DNA of 64,000 nt from Squalus acanthias (lineage: Eukaryota). A program made the position numbers and the translations under genes. The DNA lies in contig CM059432.1 of the NCBI GenBank assembly GCA_030390025.1, positions 131,194,001 to 131,258,000 of the forward strand, read 5' to 3'. Of the stretch, positions 1 to 11,055 are shown in pieces. Numbering within the stretch: position 1 is the stretch's first letter; every line of letters starts with the position of its first letter. The notes under the pieces are model-generated. The model worked only from the letters and a program-made list of their open reading frames with translations, had not been told where the DNA came from and ran no database searches.

Positions 1-96
1 TTTGTCAAAATTGCATGGAGTCGAGACCACCGAATCTGCAACTTTAACCCCCCACACGCCTCCAAACCCGACTCCACGGGTCATTGAAAATCCAGC
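1..96. mobile_element. Terminal part of a Harbinger-type non-autonomous element
   Basis: Resembles 56445-56536 (aaaattgcatggag...tttaaccccccacacgcctcc...gaaaatccagc); its end is complementary to the ggctggaatttt terminus near 62611. Confidence 0.55.
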
Positions 97-112
97 TCTT
101 GATGTTTGTTAT

Positions 113-830
113 CTATTTCCTTGAAGCACCACACTGGTGATGCCAAAGTGCCATGGGCTCGAAACCAGAGAGATTGACTCCACGTACTTCAGGGGCTCTT
201 TCAGTACCAGATCTGGTGGAGGCCCATGCTGTTGGCCTCACCGACTTCAGTGCTGACTGGTACCATTCGCATTGATCAACTCTTGCAATCAGCAATAGTC
301 AATGCCATTCTGACGGCCAAGTTTAAGATTCAAGGTATGACATCAGCAATATGTACTGAGCTCCTTCCGCTTAGAATCATAGATTCATAGAATAGTACAG
401 CACAGAAGGAGACCATTCGTTCCATGTCAGGATAGTACCATTTGAGCTTGATGGGATTCACCACTTAGCAAAACTATGTCCCTTTCAGTGCTAATTGGAA
501 GCAATTTATGACACATATGCATTGATCATCACTGATTTCCAAATATGCACCATCAAGGGATACCCTGCTGCCATATCCCAGCCTTGGCCCACTTCCCAGC
601 TTGAGCAGTCTGCATGGTTGTTTGACATATTCAACTCCAGGATTGTACAGAAATTCAATGTGGTAATCCTGTGGTAGGCCCCCCAAACTCAATAGATATG
701 CATCAGGTAGCCCATCTCTGACTTAGTTTTGGGGCGATTGTCAGACATTGATCTTTGTTGTTGTGCTATACATTGAGGACATTTCCCTCGCAGAGCTCAC
801 ACCAATACCTTATGGTCTCCATGTTGGTGG
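113..830 (-). mobile_element. Possible highly decayed Ty3/Gypsy pol remnant (RNase H to integrase start)
   Basis: Minus-strand fragments DHK, QRW, QDYHIEFLYNPG and VDQCEWYQ fall in the expected order; weak similarity only. Confidence 0.3.
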
Positions 831-1015
831 GTGAATTTTGCTGTACTGATGAAAGTTTGACATCCTGCTCTATTTCATACATGTATCCCCCTCCCACCTC
901 CACGTAAAGACCTTTTTCTATTCATTCTCTCCAGCTTCTTGGGGATGTTCAGGTTCCACAAACTTCTAACTTTCTCCAGAATGGCAAGGGCTTAACTCTA
1001 GGGAATTTGAATTTT

Positions 1016-1940
1016 TTAAATTTGTTTACGGGATGTGGCTGTCACTGGCAAGACCAGCATTTATTGCCCATCCCTAATTGCCCTTGAGAAGGAGGTGGTG
1101 AGCCTCCTTCTTGAACCGCTGCAGTCCATGTGGTGAAGGTACTCCCACAATGCTTTTGGGGAGGGAGTTCCAGGATTTTGACCCAGCGACTATGAAGGAA
1201 CAGCGATATATTTCCAAGTCAGGATGGTGTGTGACTTGGAAGGGGACTTGCAGGTGGTGTTCCCATGCACCTGCTGCCCTTGTCCTTCTAGGTGGTAGAG
1301 GTTGCGGGTTTTGGAGGTGCTGTTGAAGAAGCTTTGGCGAGTTGCTGCAGTGCATCTTGTAGATGGTACACACTGCAGCCATGGTGCACCGGTGGTGGAG
1401 GGAGTGAATGTTCATGGTGGTGAATGGGGTGCTAATCATGTGGGCTGCTTTGTCCTGGATGGTGTCGAGCTTCTTGAGTGTTGTTGGAGCTGCACTCATC
1501 CAGGCAATTGGAGAGTATTCCATCGCACTCCTGACTTGTGCCTTGTAGATGTTGGAAAGGCTTTGGGGAGTCAGGAGGTGAGAAACTCGCTGCAGAATAC
1601 CCAGTCTCTGACCTACTCTTGTAGCTACAGTATTTATGTGGCTAATCCAGTTAAGTTTCTGGTCAATGGTGACCCCCAGGATGTTGATGGTGGGGGATTC
1701 AGCGACGGTAATGCCGTTGAATGTCAAGGGGTGGTGGTTAGACTCTCTCTAGTAGTCATTGTTTGGCACTTGTGTGGCACGAATGTTACTTGCCACTTAT
1801 CAGCCCAAGCATGAATGTCGTCCAGGTCTTGCTGCATGCAGGCACGGACTGCTTAATTATCTGAGGAGTTGCGAATGGAACTGAACACTGCAATCATCAG
1901 CGAACATCCCCACTTCTGACTCTGTGATGGAGGGTAGGTC
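1016..1940 (-). mobile_element. LINE family B (CR1/L2/Jockey group), 5'-truncated RT C-terminus and tail
   Basis: ORF 1074..1727 [12 protein letters not shown]...[12 protein letters not shown]; tail ggcaataaatgctgg...cacatccc shared with other copies in the window. Confidence 0.9.
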
Positions 1941-3123
1941 CAATGGCTGAAACCAAGCTAACCAGTGATACTGACACCTCAGTGCACCATTATGTGTTGT
2001 GGATCTGATGGCTCTGGTCATGGTCATAGTACCAGATGCAAGTGTCTTTTATCGTATCACTCCAACTCAGTTATCTTTCAGTATGGTATCCCAAGCATTA
2101 CTAATGCTATACATGAATCACACAGAGCAAGCCTCTGTTCTGGTACTTTATAGTTACGATTGTCCTGGTAGCTTTGTGCAGCAAAATCATAAACACATTC
2201 TTTCTGAATAGGTTTACAAAGTTATTACAGTGACCAGATTAATTCTTCTCCTATGGTGGTAGAAATATTAATAAAATATTCTTTCAGGCTAAAATTTTTC
2301 GCCTTTGTAATGCGTGCGTCAATGCTTTGTGACTAATTGAGAGCTGGATTAGGTCCTTTATATGTTGATATACTTCTCCCTTGAGCATTATTTGGTAAAC
2401 AGTATCACTGGTTACCTTGGTTTCAGCCATTGGGCATGAGGATACGGCTGCTGTTATACCTCATCCGAAGCTCCACCCTAATTTAATTTTAAAATTACAT
2501 CTCAGGAAATTACCATGCCTTTTATATTCATTGCTCAGCCTTCAGAGTGGAGTTCAAATTCCATTATGTGCTAAATAATCCGTAACCTTTTGAATTGACA
2601 GAACTAAGTCAACTTGCAAAGACAATTGTTTGCATCGCAGGAGTAGCACTGCCAAAGGAGGCTGAGACTTCTGCGAGAGGTAGTCGCTGACATCTGCGCA
2701 ATGCTGCACCAACACATGCAGCCTAGAGGAGCGTCTGGACACTCCTTACCAGTGGCTGTCAAAGTCACCACTGCACTCAACTTTTTTGCTTCGGGCTCCT
2801 TCCAGGGATCATCTGCAGACATCAGCGGCATCTCTCAGTCGGCCGCAGATGCCTGCATCATGCAAAGGCGCCCAAATACATCCACTTCTTCACAGATGAA
2901 GCAAGTGTAACCGCGCGTGCGGTTGGCTTTGCAAATGTGGCAGGCTTCCCAAGGGTGCAGGGCGTCGTAGACTGCACACATGTGGCCATTAGGGCACCCC
3001 ATCACAACCCAGCTGATTTTGTCAACCGCAAGGACTTCCACTCCCTTAACGTCCAGCTGGTGTGTAACCACAAGAACATCATCATGCATGTTTGCGCTAA
3101 GTACCCTGGCAGTTGCCATGACT

Positions 3124-6100
3124 TTAAAAAGAGCGGGAGCAGAGCGGAGCTGCTGTTTACAAAGAGCGGGAGCAGAGAGCGGAGCGGCTGTTTACATAGG
3201 GCGGGAGCAGAGAGCGGAGCGGCTGTTTAAAAAGAACGGGAGCGGGGTGGAGCAACAAACCTGAGAGAAAAAAACAAATCACAAAGGTGTGGCTGACACA
3301 AGGGAGCTGAGAGGTGAGTATTTGTGGTAAGATTTTTTTTGGTTCTGTTTTGAGTATATTTCTGCTAAGTAGTTCATAGCCTATCTAATGGGTAGCTGTC
3401 GAGTGTTTCATGTTAAGTTTTAATTTTATCTCTGCTAAATTACCTCCATAGTCTGGTATGGCAGGGCAGCTCAGTCCCGTGATTTGCACATCCTGTGCCA
3501 TGTGAGAAAGCCTGGACGCTTCTTGCGGCCTGGACGACCACGTGTGCAGGAACTGTCGCCAACTGCAGCAACTTAAGCTCCAGGTTTCGGAGCTTGAGCG
3601 GCAGCTGGAGTCACTACAGTGCATCCGTGCGGCTGAGAAATACTTGGAAAGCACGTTTCTAGAGTGGTCACCCCGCAGCCTCAGAATGTGCAGGCACAGA
3701 GGGAATGGGTGACCCCCAGACAGAGAAGGAGCACCAGGCAGATAGGGCAGAAATCCCCAGAGTGCATCTCGCTCGCTAACCGGTTCACAGTTCTGGAAAC
3801 TGGTGGGGGTGATGGCTCCTCTGGGAAGAGCAGCCAGAACAAAGGCCACGGCACAACGGGTGGCTCGGCTGCACAGGGGGGAGGAAGAAGAGTTGAAGTG
3901 CAATAGTGATAGGGGATTCATTAGTTAGGGGAAAAGATAGGTGTTTCTGTGGCCGCAGGCGTGACTCCAGGATGGTATGTTGCCTCCCTGGTGCCAGGAT
4001 CAAGGATGTCACTGAGTGGCTGCAGGACACTCTGAGGGGGGAAGGGTGAAGAGCCAGAGGTCGTTGTCCATATAAGTACAAATGACATAGGCAGAAAGAG
4101 GAATGAGGTCCTGCAGGCAGACTATAGGGAGCTAGGAAAGAGATTAAAAGGCAGGACCTCAAAGGTAGTAATCTCCGGATTACTCCCGATGCCATGTGCT
4201 AGTGAGTACAGGAATAGGAGGATAGAACAGATGAATGTACGGCTGGAGAGATGGTGCAGGAGGGAGGGCTTTAGATTCCTGAGGCATTGGGGCTGTTTCT
4301 GGGGAAGGTGGGACCTGTACAAGCCAGGTGGGTTACACCTCAACGGAGCCGGGACCAATATTCTCGCGGGGAGGTTTGCTAGTGCTGTTGGGGAGGGTTT
4401 AAACTAGCTTGGCAGGGGGATGGGCACCAGCATATAGGAGTAGTAAGGAGGAATAAGGTGTATAAAAGAGTGAGTGTGTTGGATAGTACTAGAGAAGAAA
4501 GTAGTATTAGAGGCGGTAGTAGTACCATATTAGATAGGAGCAGACTAAGAAAGACTACGAAAAATTCAAAAATGGATTTAGAATGCATGTATGTAAATGC
4601 ACAAAGTGTGGTGAATAAGGTTGGTGAGCTACAAGCACAATTAGCCATGTGGCAATATGATGTTGTGGCAATAACGGAAACGTGGCTTAAAAGCGGTGAG
4701 GACTGGGCACTTAATATTGAAGGGTGCAAGGTGTTCAGAAAAGATAGGGAAAGAAAAAAGGGAGGTGGGGTGGCAGTGCTGATTAAGGAAGACATTGTAG
4801 TGTTGGAAAAGGAGGATGTTCTTGAGACAAGGACAGAATCCGTTTGGTTAGAGTTGAGGAACAAAAAGGGTATGATCACGCTATTGGGGTATTCTATAGG
4901 CCTCCAAATAGTGAGAGGGAGGTAGAGGAGCAAATCTGCAGGGAAATCGCAGAGATATGCAAGAGCTATAGAATGGTGATATTGGGGGACTTTAATTACC
5001 CAAATATCGATTGGGATAATGCTAGGGTAAAGGGAAAGGAGGGGGAGGAATTTCTGAAATGTGTTCAGGAGAATTTCGTTGACCAGTATGTTCTTGGCCC
5101 AACTAGGAAGGAGGCATTGCTGGATCTGGTGCTGGGGAATGAGGTGGACCAGGTCGACCAAGTGTCTTTGGGAGAACACTTGGGTATGAGTGACCATCGT
5201 ATCATAAGATTTAGATTAGCAATGGAAAGGAGCGAGGAACAATCTAGAGTGGAACTTCTAAAATGGAATAGGGCTAACTTCAATGGGTTACGAAAGGATC
5301 TAACCAGGGTAAAATGGAACCAAAGACTGACAGGAAAAACTGTAATGGAACAATGGGTGATCTTTAAGGAGGAGATGTTCCAAGTGCAGGCTAGGTACAT
5401 TCCCACAAGAGGGAAGGATAAGGGAACCAAAGCAAGGGCTCCTTGGATGACGAGGGAGATAGAAATGATGAAACAAAAAAAGAGGGTGTTTGATGCATGT
5501 CAGGTGAATTCTTCAAGGGAGAACCAGACCAAATTCAATAAGTTGAGAGGGGAAGTAAAGATGAAAATAAGATTGGCAAAGAGAGACTATGAGAGTAGAA
5601 TGGTGGTTAACATAAAAGGGAACCCAAAAATCTTCTACCAGCATGTAAACTGTAAGCGGGTAGTAAGAGGCGGGACGGGGCCTATTAGCGACAAAGAAGG
5701 TGTTATATGCATAGAGGCGCAGGGCAAGGCTCGAATACTCAATGAGTACTTTGTGTCAGTATTTACTGAGGAGGTTGATGCTGACAAAATATTGGTAGAA
5801 GTGGAAAAGGTAGAAGCAATGGAAGGGGTGAAAATTGATAGACACGATGTACTGGAAAGGCTGGGTATGCTTAGAGTGGATAAGTTGCCTGAACCAGATA
5901 GCTTGCATCCCAGGTTGCTAAGAGAATTGGGGGAGGAGATAGCGGAAGCGCTTGCCGTAATTTTCCAATCTTCCCTGGATGAGGGGGAGGTGCCTAAGGA
6001 TTGGAAAGTGGCAAATGTGACACCACTGTTCAAGAAAGGTTGCAAGGATAATCCTAGTAACTACAGGCCGGTCAGTTTAACATCAGTGGTGGGTAAAGTT

Positions 6101-7446
6101 TTAGAAACCATAATCGAGGAAAAAATTAACGGGCACTTGGAGTGGTTTAAGCTAATTAAGGAGAGCCAACATGGATTTGTAAAAGTTAGATCGTGTTTGA
6201 CTAATCTAATTGAATTTTTTGATGAAGTAACAGTGAGGATTGATGAACGGAATGCAATGGATGCTGTCTACATGGATTTTAGGAAGGCGTTTGACAATGT
6301 ATCACATAGAAAGCTGGTTAACAAAATTGAGGCTCATGGAATAGGTAGGTCAGTGGCAGCTTGGATAAGGAAATGGCTTAAGGATAGAAAACAGCGAGTC
6401 GTGGTAAATGGCTGTTTTTCAGACTGGAGGATGGTAGACAGTGGTGTTCCCCAAGGGTCAGTGCTGGGGCCACTGCTTTTTTTGATATATATAAATGACC
6501 TGGATATTGGAATAGAGAGTAGAATTTCTAAATTTGCCGATGACACCAAACTTGGGAGTGTGGCAAACAGTGAGGATGATACCAATCGACTGCAGCAGGA
6601 CATAGAAAAGCTAGCAGAATCGGCAAACAAGTGGCAGATGGAATTTAATAGAGAAGTGTGAGGTGATGCATTTTGGCAGAAGGAACAGGGAGAGGCAATA
6701 TACACTTAATGGCACAGTTTTAAAGAGTGTGCAGGGACAGAAAGACCTGGGAGTTAATGTGCATAGGTCCCTGAAGGTGGCAGGACATATTGAGAGAGTG
6801 GTTAACAAAGCATATGGGATCTTGGGCTTCATAAATAGAGGTATTGAGTACAAAAGTAGAGAGGTTATGCTGAACCTTTATAAAGCGCTGGTTAGGCCAC
6901 AACTGGAGTATTGTGTCAGTTCTGGTCACCACACTTTAGGAAGGATGTGAAGGCCCTTGAGAGGGTGCAGAGGAGATTTACCAGAATGGTTCTGGGGATG
7001 GGGTATCTTGGCTACAAGGACAGGTTGGAGAAGCTGGATTTGTTTTCATTAGAGCAAAGGTGGTTGAGGGGTGATTTGATAGAGGTGTACAAGATTATGA
7101 CGGGTTTGGATAGTCTAGACGGGGAAAGGCTGGTCCCACTAGTTGATAGTACAAGGACTAGGGGACACAGATTTAAGGTTTTGGGCAAGAGATACAGGGG
7201 GGTCGTGAGGAACATCTTTTTTACGTAGCGAGTGGTGAGGACCTGGAACTTGCTGCCGACGGAAGTGGTGGAAACGGAGACACTCAATGTTTTCAAGGGG
7301 AGACTGGATAGGCACTTGAGGGAAATAAACTTGCAGGGCTACGGGGATAGAGCGGGGGAATGGGATAAACTCGATTGCTCCACAGAGAGCCAGCATGGAC
7401 TCGATAGGCCAAATGGCCTCCTCTGTGCCGTTATGACTCTTTGACT
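3124..7446 (+). mobile_element. Near full-length CR1 LINE (ORF1 zinc finger/coiled coil/SGNH esterase ~3458-4407; ORF2 APE-RT ~4570-7370), degraded
   Basis: CxxC..CxxC and IVIGDSLVRG in ORF1; [22 protein letters not shown] and KFADD in ORF2; (ctatgact)-type tail; flanked by ATGACT at 3118-3123 and 7447-7452. Confidence 0.95.
3128..3250 (+). repeat. ~35-bp tandem repeat at the CR1 5' end
   Basis: agcgggagcagagagcggagcggctgttta-like unit repeated 3-4 times. Confidence 0.8.
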
Positions 7447-8239
7447 ATGACTCCTTCATTCTGCGGCAGTCTACTGTGCCTCTGCTCTTCAATCCGCCAA
7501 CCCAACTTTCCGGATGGCTACTTGGCGACAAGGGCTATCCCCTGAAAAAGTGGCTCATGACACGCATGAGGAGGCCATCAAACGAGGCTGAGGAGTGGTA
7601 CAATGTGAGCCACATTTCCACCAGAAGCATCATAGAGTAAACCATCAACTTTCTTAAAAAGCGATTCTGATGCCTCGACAGATCTGGTGCAGCCCTGCAG
7701 TATGCACCAGCCACGGTGTCCAGGATCATCGTTGTCTGCTGTGCCCAGCACAACATCGCACAGCAGCGTGGCTTAGCGCTCCCTGAGGAACAAGTGGCTC
7801 AGCGCAGAGCATCCTCGGAAGAAGAGGAGGAGGATGAGGAGGAGGCGGGTCTGGATGTGACCAATGCAGCAGCCCTCGAGCTCATTGCTGGCCGTCATGC
7901 AAGGGATGCACTCATCCATGCCAAATTCCCGTAAGCTTACTCTTCAACCACAGGTGGCTACCATATGGCTATGAATGTGTAGGCGACCTTCCTACAACGT
8001 CATACATCATCTCTGCAATAAACGGTTGTTTCCTATCACTTTCACCATCATCATTGCAAATGCAAGTCGCCCTGAGCCCTCAATGTGCAACTTCCATTTC
8101 CCAGAATACATAGGCCACACCTTCAACAGTTTGTCATCACTTTTGTTTATTACATTCACAAAAGCATGACAATGCAAAATATTAAACAGAACCAAAAACA
8201 ACAGAACAAAACACCCAAGTGACTCCCCTTGTGACTATT

Positions 8240-9990
8240 TGTGCTTTATCCTCCTCTTATACGTGGTGCTTCCCCTGTGGCTTCAGCAGATGTAGAGGTA
8301 CCTTGCTGACTTTGATGCTGCGCCTGCTTAGATGCCTTTGGCGGGCGTCCTCTGGGTTTGGGAGCCTGGGAGGTCTCTGCAACAGTCTGCTCTACCTGCG
8401 GCTGTGCAGGGGCTGAAATGGCAGTCTCAGTTGGGTGTGCAATATGGGTCTCTGAGCGAGGGCTCCGCAGTGGCATGGTCATGTGAGCGCTTGGAGAGGA
8501 GCCCAAACTTCCGTGTTGCCTGCTACCAACATCTCTCTCATGGGTCAGCCGCACTTCAGTGCTAGCAAATAGCTGGAGAGCACCTTGCTGCACATCAGGG
8601 GGGCCATGAGGACCCATATCTGTACTGGCAGTCCTCATAACAAGGATGTCCATGAAGCTCTGGTGCCTCTCCTCAATAGATGCCCATCTCTCCTCCATAG
8701 CAGACAATCTATTTTGAAGATTCACCATGTTTTCGTTAGTCGGGCGACTTATGTCCTCCATGGCGGTTGCCACCCACTCCATGGTGGAATGTTCATGCGC
8801 CATTGTCTCCACAAAGGCAGTGCTCATGTTAGAGATGGACTCCTCCATTCTCTGCACACTTGCAGTTAGCCTGGATGCAAACCCGTCAGAGACTTCTGCA
8901 CTTGTTCCTGGAGATCCAGAACTGCTCTCTTTCTGGATGGCCCCAGAGGCACAGCGTCTGCATGCAGCTGAGCAGAGCTAGGAGAGTCCTGCGACCTCCG
9001 ACGAGGACTCTCCACTGCTGTCCCTGTCTCCACCATTTGCTGCTGCTCACTTGTGAGCTGTGATTCACCAGATGACAACACTACTATATGTCGCGAACGC
9101 CCCACCGAGGTGTGCGTATCTGTGCTGCTTCTGGGTGCGCTGAGTAATGGTAACGCTGCACCCTCAGAGGCTACAGGCTCCTCCTGAGGAGTCGTCTGGC
9201 TCTTCATCCTGGACAGTGGGGAGGGGGGCGTTCGATGGTGCTTTGGGAGAGTAAAGGCATGAGTTAGACATCTGATTTTGACGCAGCAGACACATCCTTT
9301 TGTGCAGATGATACAAAATGAATCTCTATGAACTTCATATGCCATTGCAGTCAATCATGAAATCTAAATGAAAGGGATGAAACTCTATTCTGTCACCAGC
9401 TTCGTCTAGTGTCCCCGTCTCTCCGTCCCCCACTTCCAGCTCCTCGCCACCTCCAGCGATGTCATGCGCAGCCTCCTCAGCACTTGTCAATGTCGCAAGG
9501 GATGGTGTGCCTCCTCCTGTCTGTGCGCTCTCCTTATTGTGGGCTATCTTTTCCTGCAAGGGACACAAGTGGAGTTTCAGCGAGAGTGATGGAGTGACTG
9601 TGAAGAATCCATAACATAGAAGGTTAGAGGGAGACGAGGATGGAGTGAGGTGCCAAGAGTAAGCTAGTTCCCTGTGCGTTGTTAGTTGTTGTCAATGCAT
9701 AACAGTGAGAGCGAGTGTGAGGGGTGCATAGCAGGATGGTGAGGTGATTCAGTACAGAGAGAGAGATGGATAGGTAAGGGTGCAAGGGAAGTAAGGGCAA
9801 GGTGGGTTGTGGAGGAGCAGGCTTACAAAGCAGAGTGCTGGTGAGGAGAAGAGAAGGGAAGCAGATTGAAGGTAAGTGTGATGTGATACTTACTTTAGCT
9901 GATCGCAGGAGATCATTAAACCGTTTCTGGCACTGGATCCAGGTGCGTGAACAAATGGACCTTGCGTTGACCACCTCATGACTCTGCCTG
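8240..9990 (-). pseudogene. Harbinger Myb/SANT-like gene with three exons, 5'-truncated
   Basis: RTWIQCQKRFNDLLRSAK|gtaagt; ag|EKIAHNK...TGGG...; long low-complexity/coiled-coil third exon. Confidence 0.8.
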
Positions 9991-10167
9991 ATGGTATCTT
10001 GAGCTTACCACAGTGCTTTGTGATGAATACCTCTACTTTAAGAATTAAGAAATTCCTGTGAGGTGGACAACCCAAGTTTTTATGTTAATACACAACATAT
10101 TTGCCCATCCTCAAAGTTTAAAGTATACTCAGGCTTGGAAAATATAAATATAATCATCAAAATCAAT

Positions 10168-10385
10168 GGGGTAAATTTTTGTCTTTACTGCCTGGGCGTT
10201 AAACATTGCTTGGGTGGAGCACACAAAAGAAAAGCTAGTGGGGAAAACAGCATGCCTCTTACAGAACCTGTCTGATTTTCCTTCCATTAAAATGAATGGA
10301 AGAAAAATCCAACGGGTTCTGTAAGGAGCAAGCTATCGTTCTTACAATGCTTAACGCCCAGGTGGTAAAGATGAAAATCTGCCCC
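10168..10385. mobile_element. Palindromic Harbinger-type MITE
   Basis: Ends ggggtaaatttttgtctttac / gtaaagatgaaaatctgcccc, internal inverted symmetry, AAT on both flanks. Confidence 0.8.
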
Positions 10386-10519
10386 AATGCTTTGCATGCA
10401 ACTGCACGCGAACATTAATATTTTTGTTGGGGATTTGTAATTTCTGGAAATTACAGAAAAATATAAGCCTTTTTGACTTTAATATCTTTTTTAGCACACA
10501 TTTAACTGTTTAAAAAAAA

Positions 10520-10942
10520 AATGAAAGAAAGACTTGCATTTATATTGCGCCTTTCACAACCTCAGGACGTCCCAAAGCGCTTTACAGCAAATGAAGTACT
10601 TTTGAAGTGTAGCCACTATTGTAATGTAGGAAACGTGACAACCAGTTTGCGCACAGCAAGGGCCCACACACAACAATGTGATAATGGCCAGATAATCTGA
10701 TTTTTAGTGATTTTGGTTGAGGGATAAATATTGAACAGGACACCGGGGAGAACTCTTCGAAATAGTGCCATGGGATCTTTCACGTCCACTTGAGAGGGCA
10801 GACGGGGCCTCAGTTTAATGTCTCATCCAAAAGGCAGCACCTCCAACAATGCAGCACTCCCTCAGTACTGTACTGGGATATCATCCTAGATTATATGCTT
10901 AAGTCTCTGGACCCACAACCTTCTGACTCTGAGACAAGAGTG
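10520..10942 (-). mobile_element. Deu-domain SINE (SacSINE1/AmnSINE1-like)
   Basis: gtgccatgggatcttt...gagagggcagacggggcctc...cagcactccctcagtactg core with an L2-like tail. Confidence 0.8.
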
Positions 10943-11029
10943 TTTGTTGGAACAAATGGAAATTAAAATTTGTCACAAAAAGATGAGAGTAGGCTTTGAT
11001 ATATTTAATATTTGCGTTTTTACCTACAG

Positions 11030-11055
11030 AGGAAGATGCCGACAGAAAGTTGCCG
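11030..11055 (+). CDS. TRP-like channel candidate micro-exon (26 nt), xEDADRKLP
   Basis: Acceptor tttttacctacag and donor gtaagt; ends in phase 0 and joins LELIV of the next exon. Confidence 0.6.

Larger units (their letters stand above)
2635..7934 (+). pseudogene. HARBI1-like DDE transposase split into 2635-3123 and 7453-7934
   Basis: [19 protein letters not shown]...[14 protein letters not shown]...YPGSCHD | SFILRQS...[11 protein letters not shown]; stops and frameshifts present. Confidence 0.9.
2635..9990. mobile_element. Decayed PIF/Harbinger transposon (transposase on +, Myb/SANT gene on -), interrupted by a full-length CR1
   Basis: Convergent two-gene layout typical of Harbinger; no TIRs seen. 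Confidence 0.85.

Noticed and set aside
1965..2340. Short ORFs and a ctttcag acceptor as upstream channel exons
   Set aside because: No ankyrin or TRP-like motif, no convincing donor, and early stops.
3128..3250. CRISPR-like array
   Set aside because: Tandem units without unique spacers, at the 5' end of a CR1 in eukaryotic DNA.
4379..5197. Long antisense ORFs over CR1 ORF2
   Set aside because: Shadow frames of LINE coding sequence.
4844..6661. Active CR1 (605-aa ORF)
   Set aside because: Frameshifts on both sides and a stop plus frameshifts in ORF1, so this copy is not autonomous.
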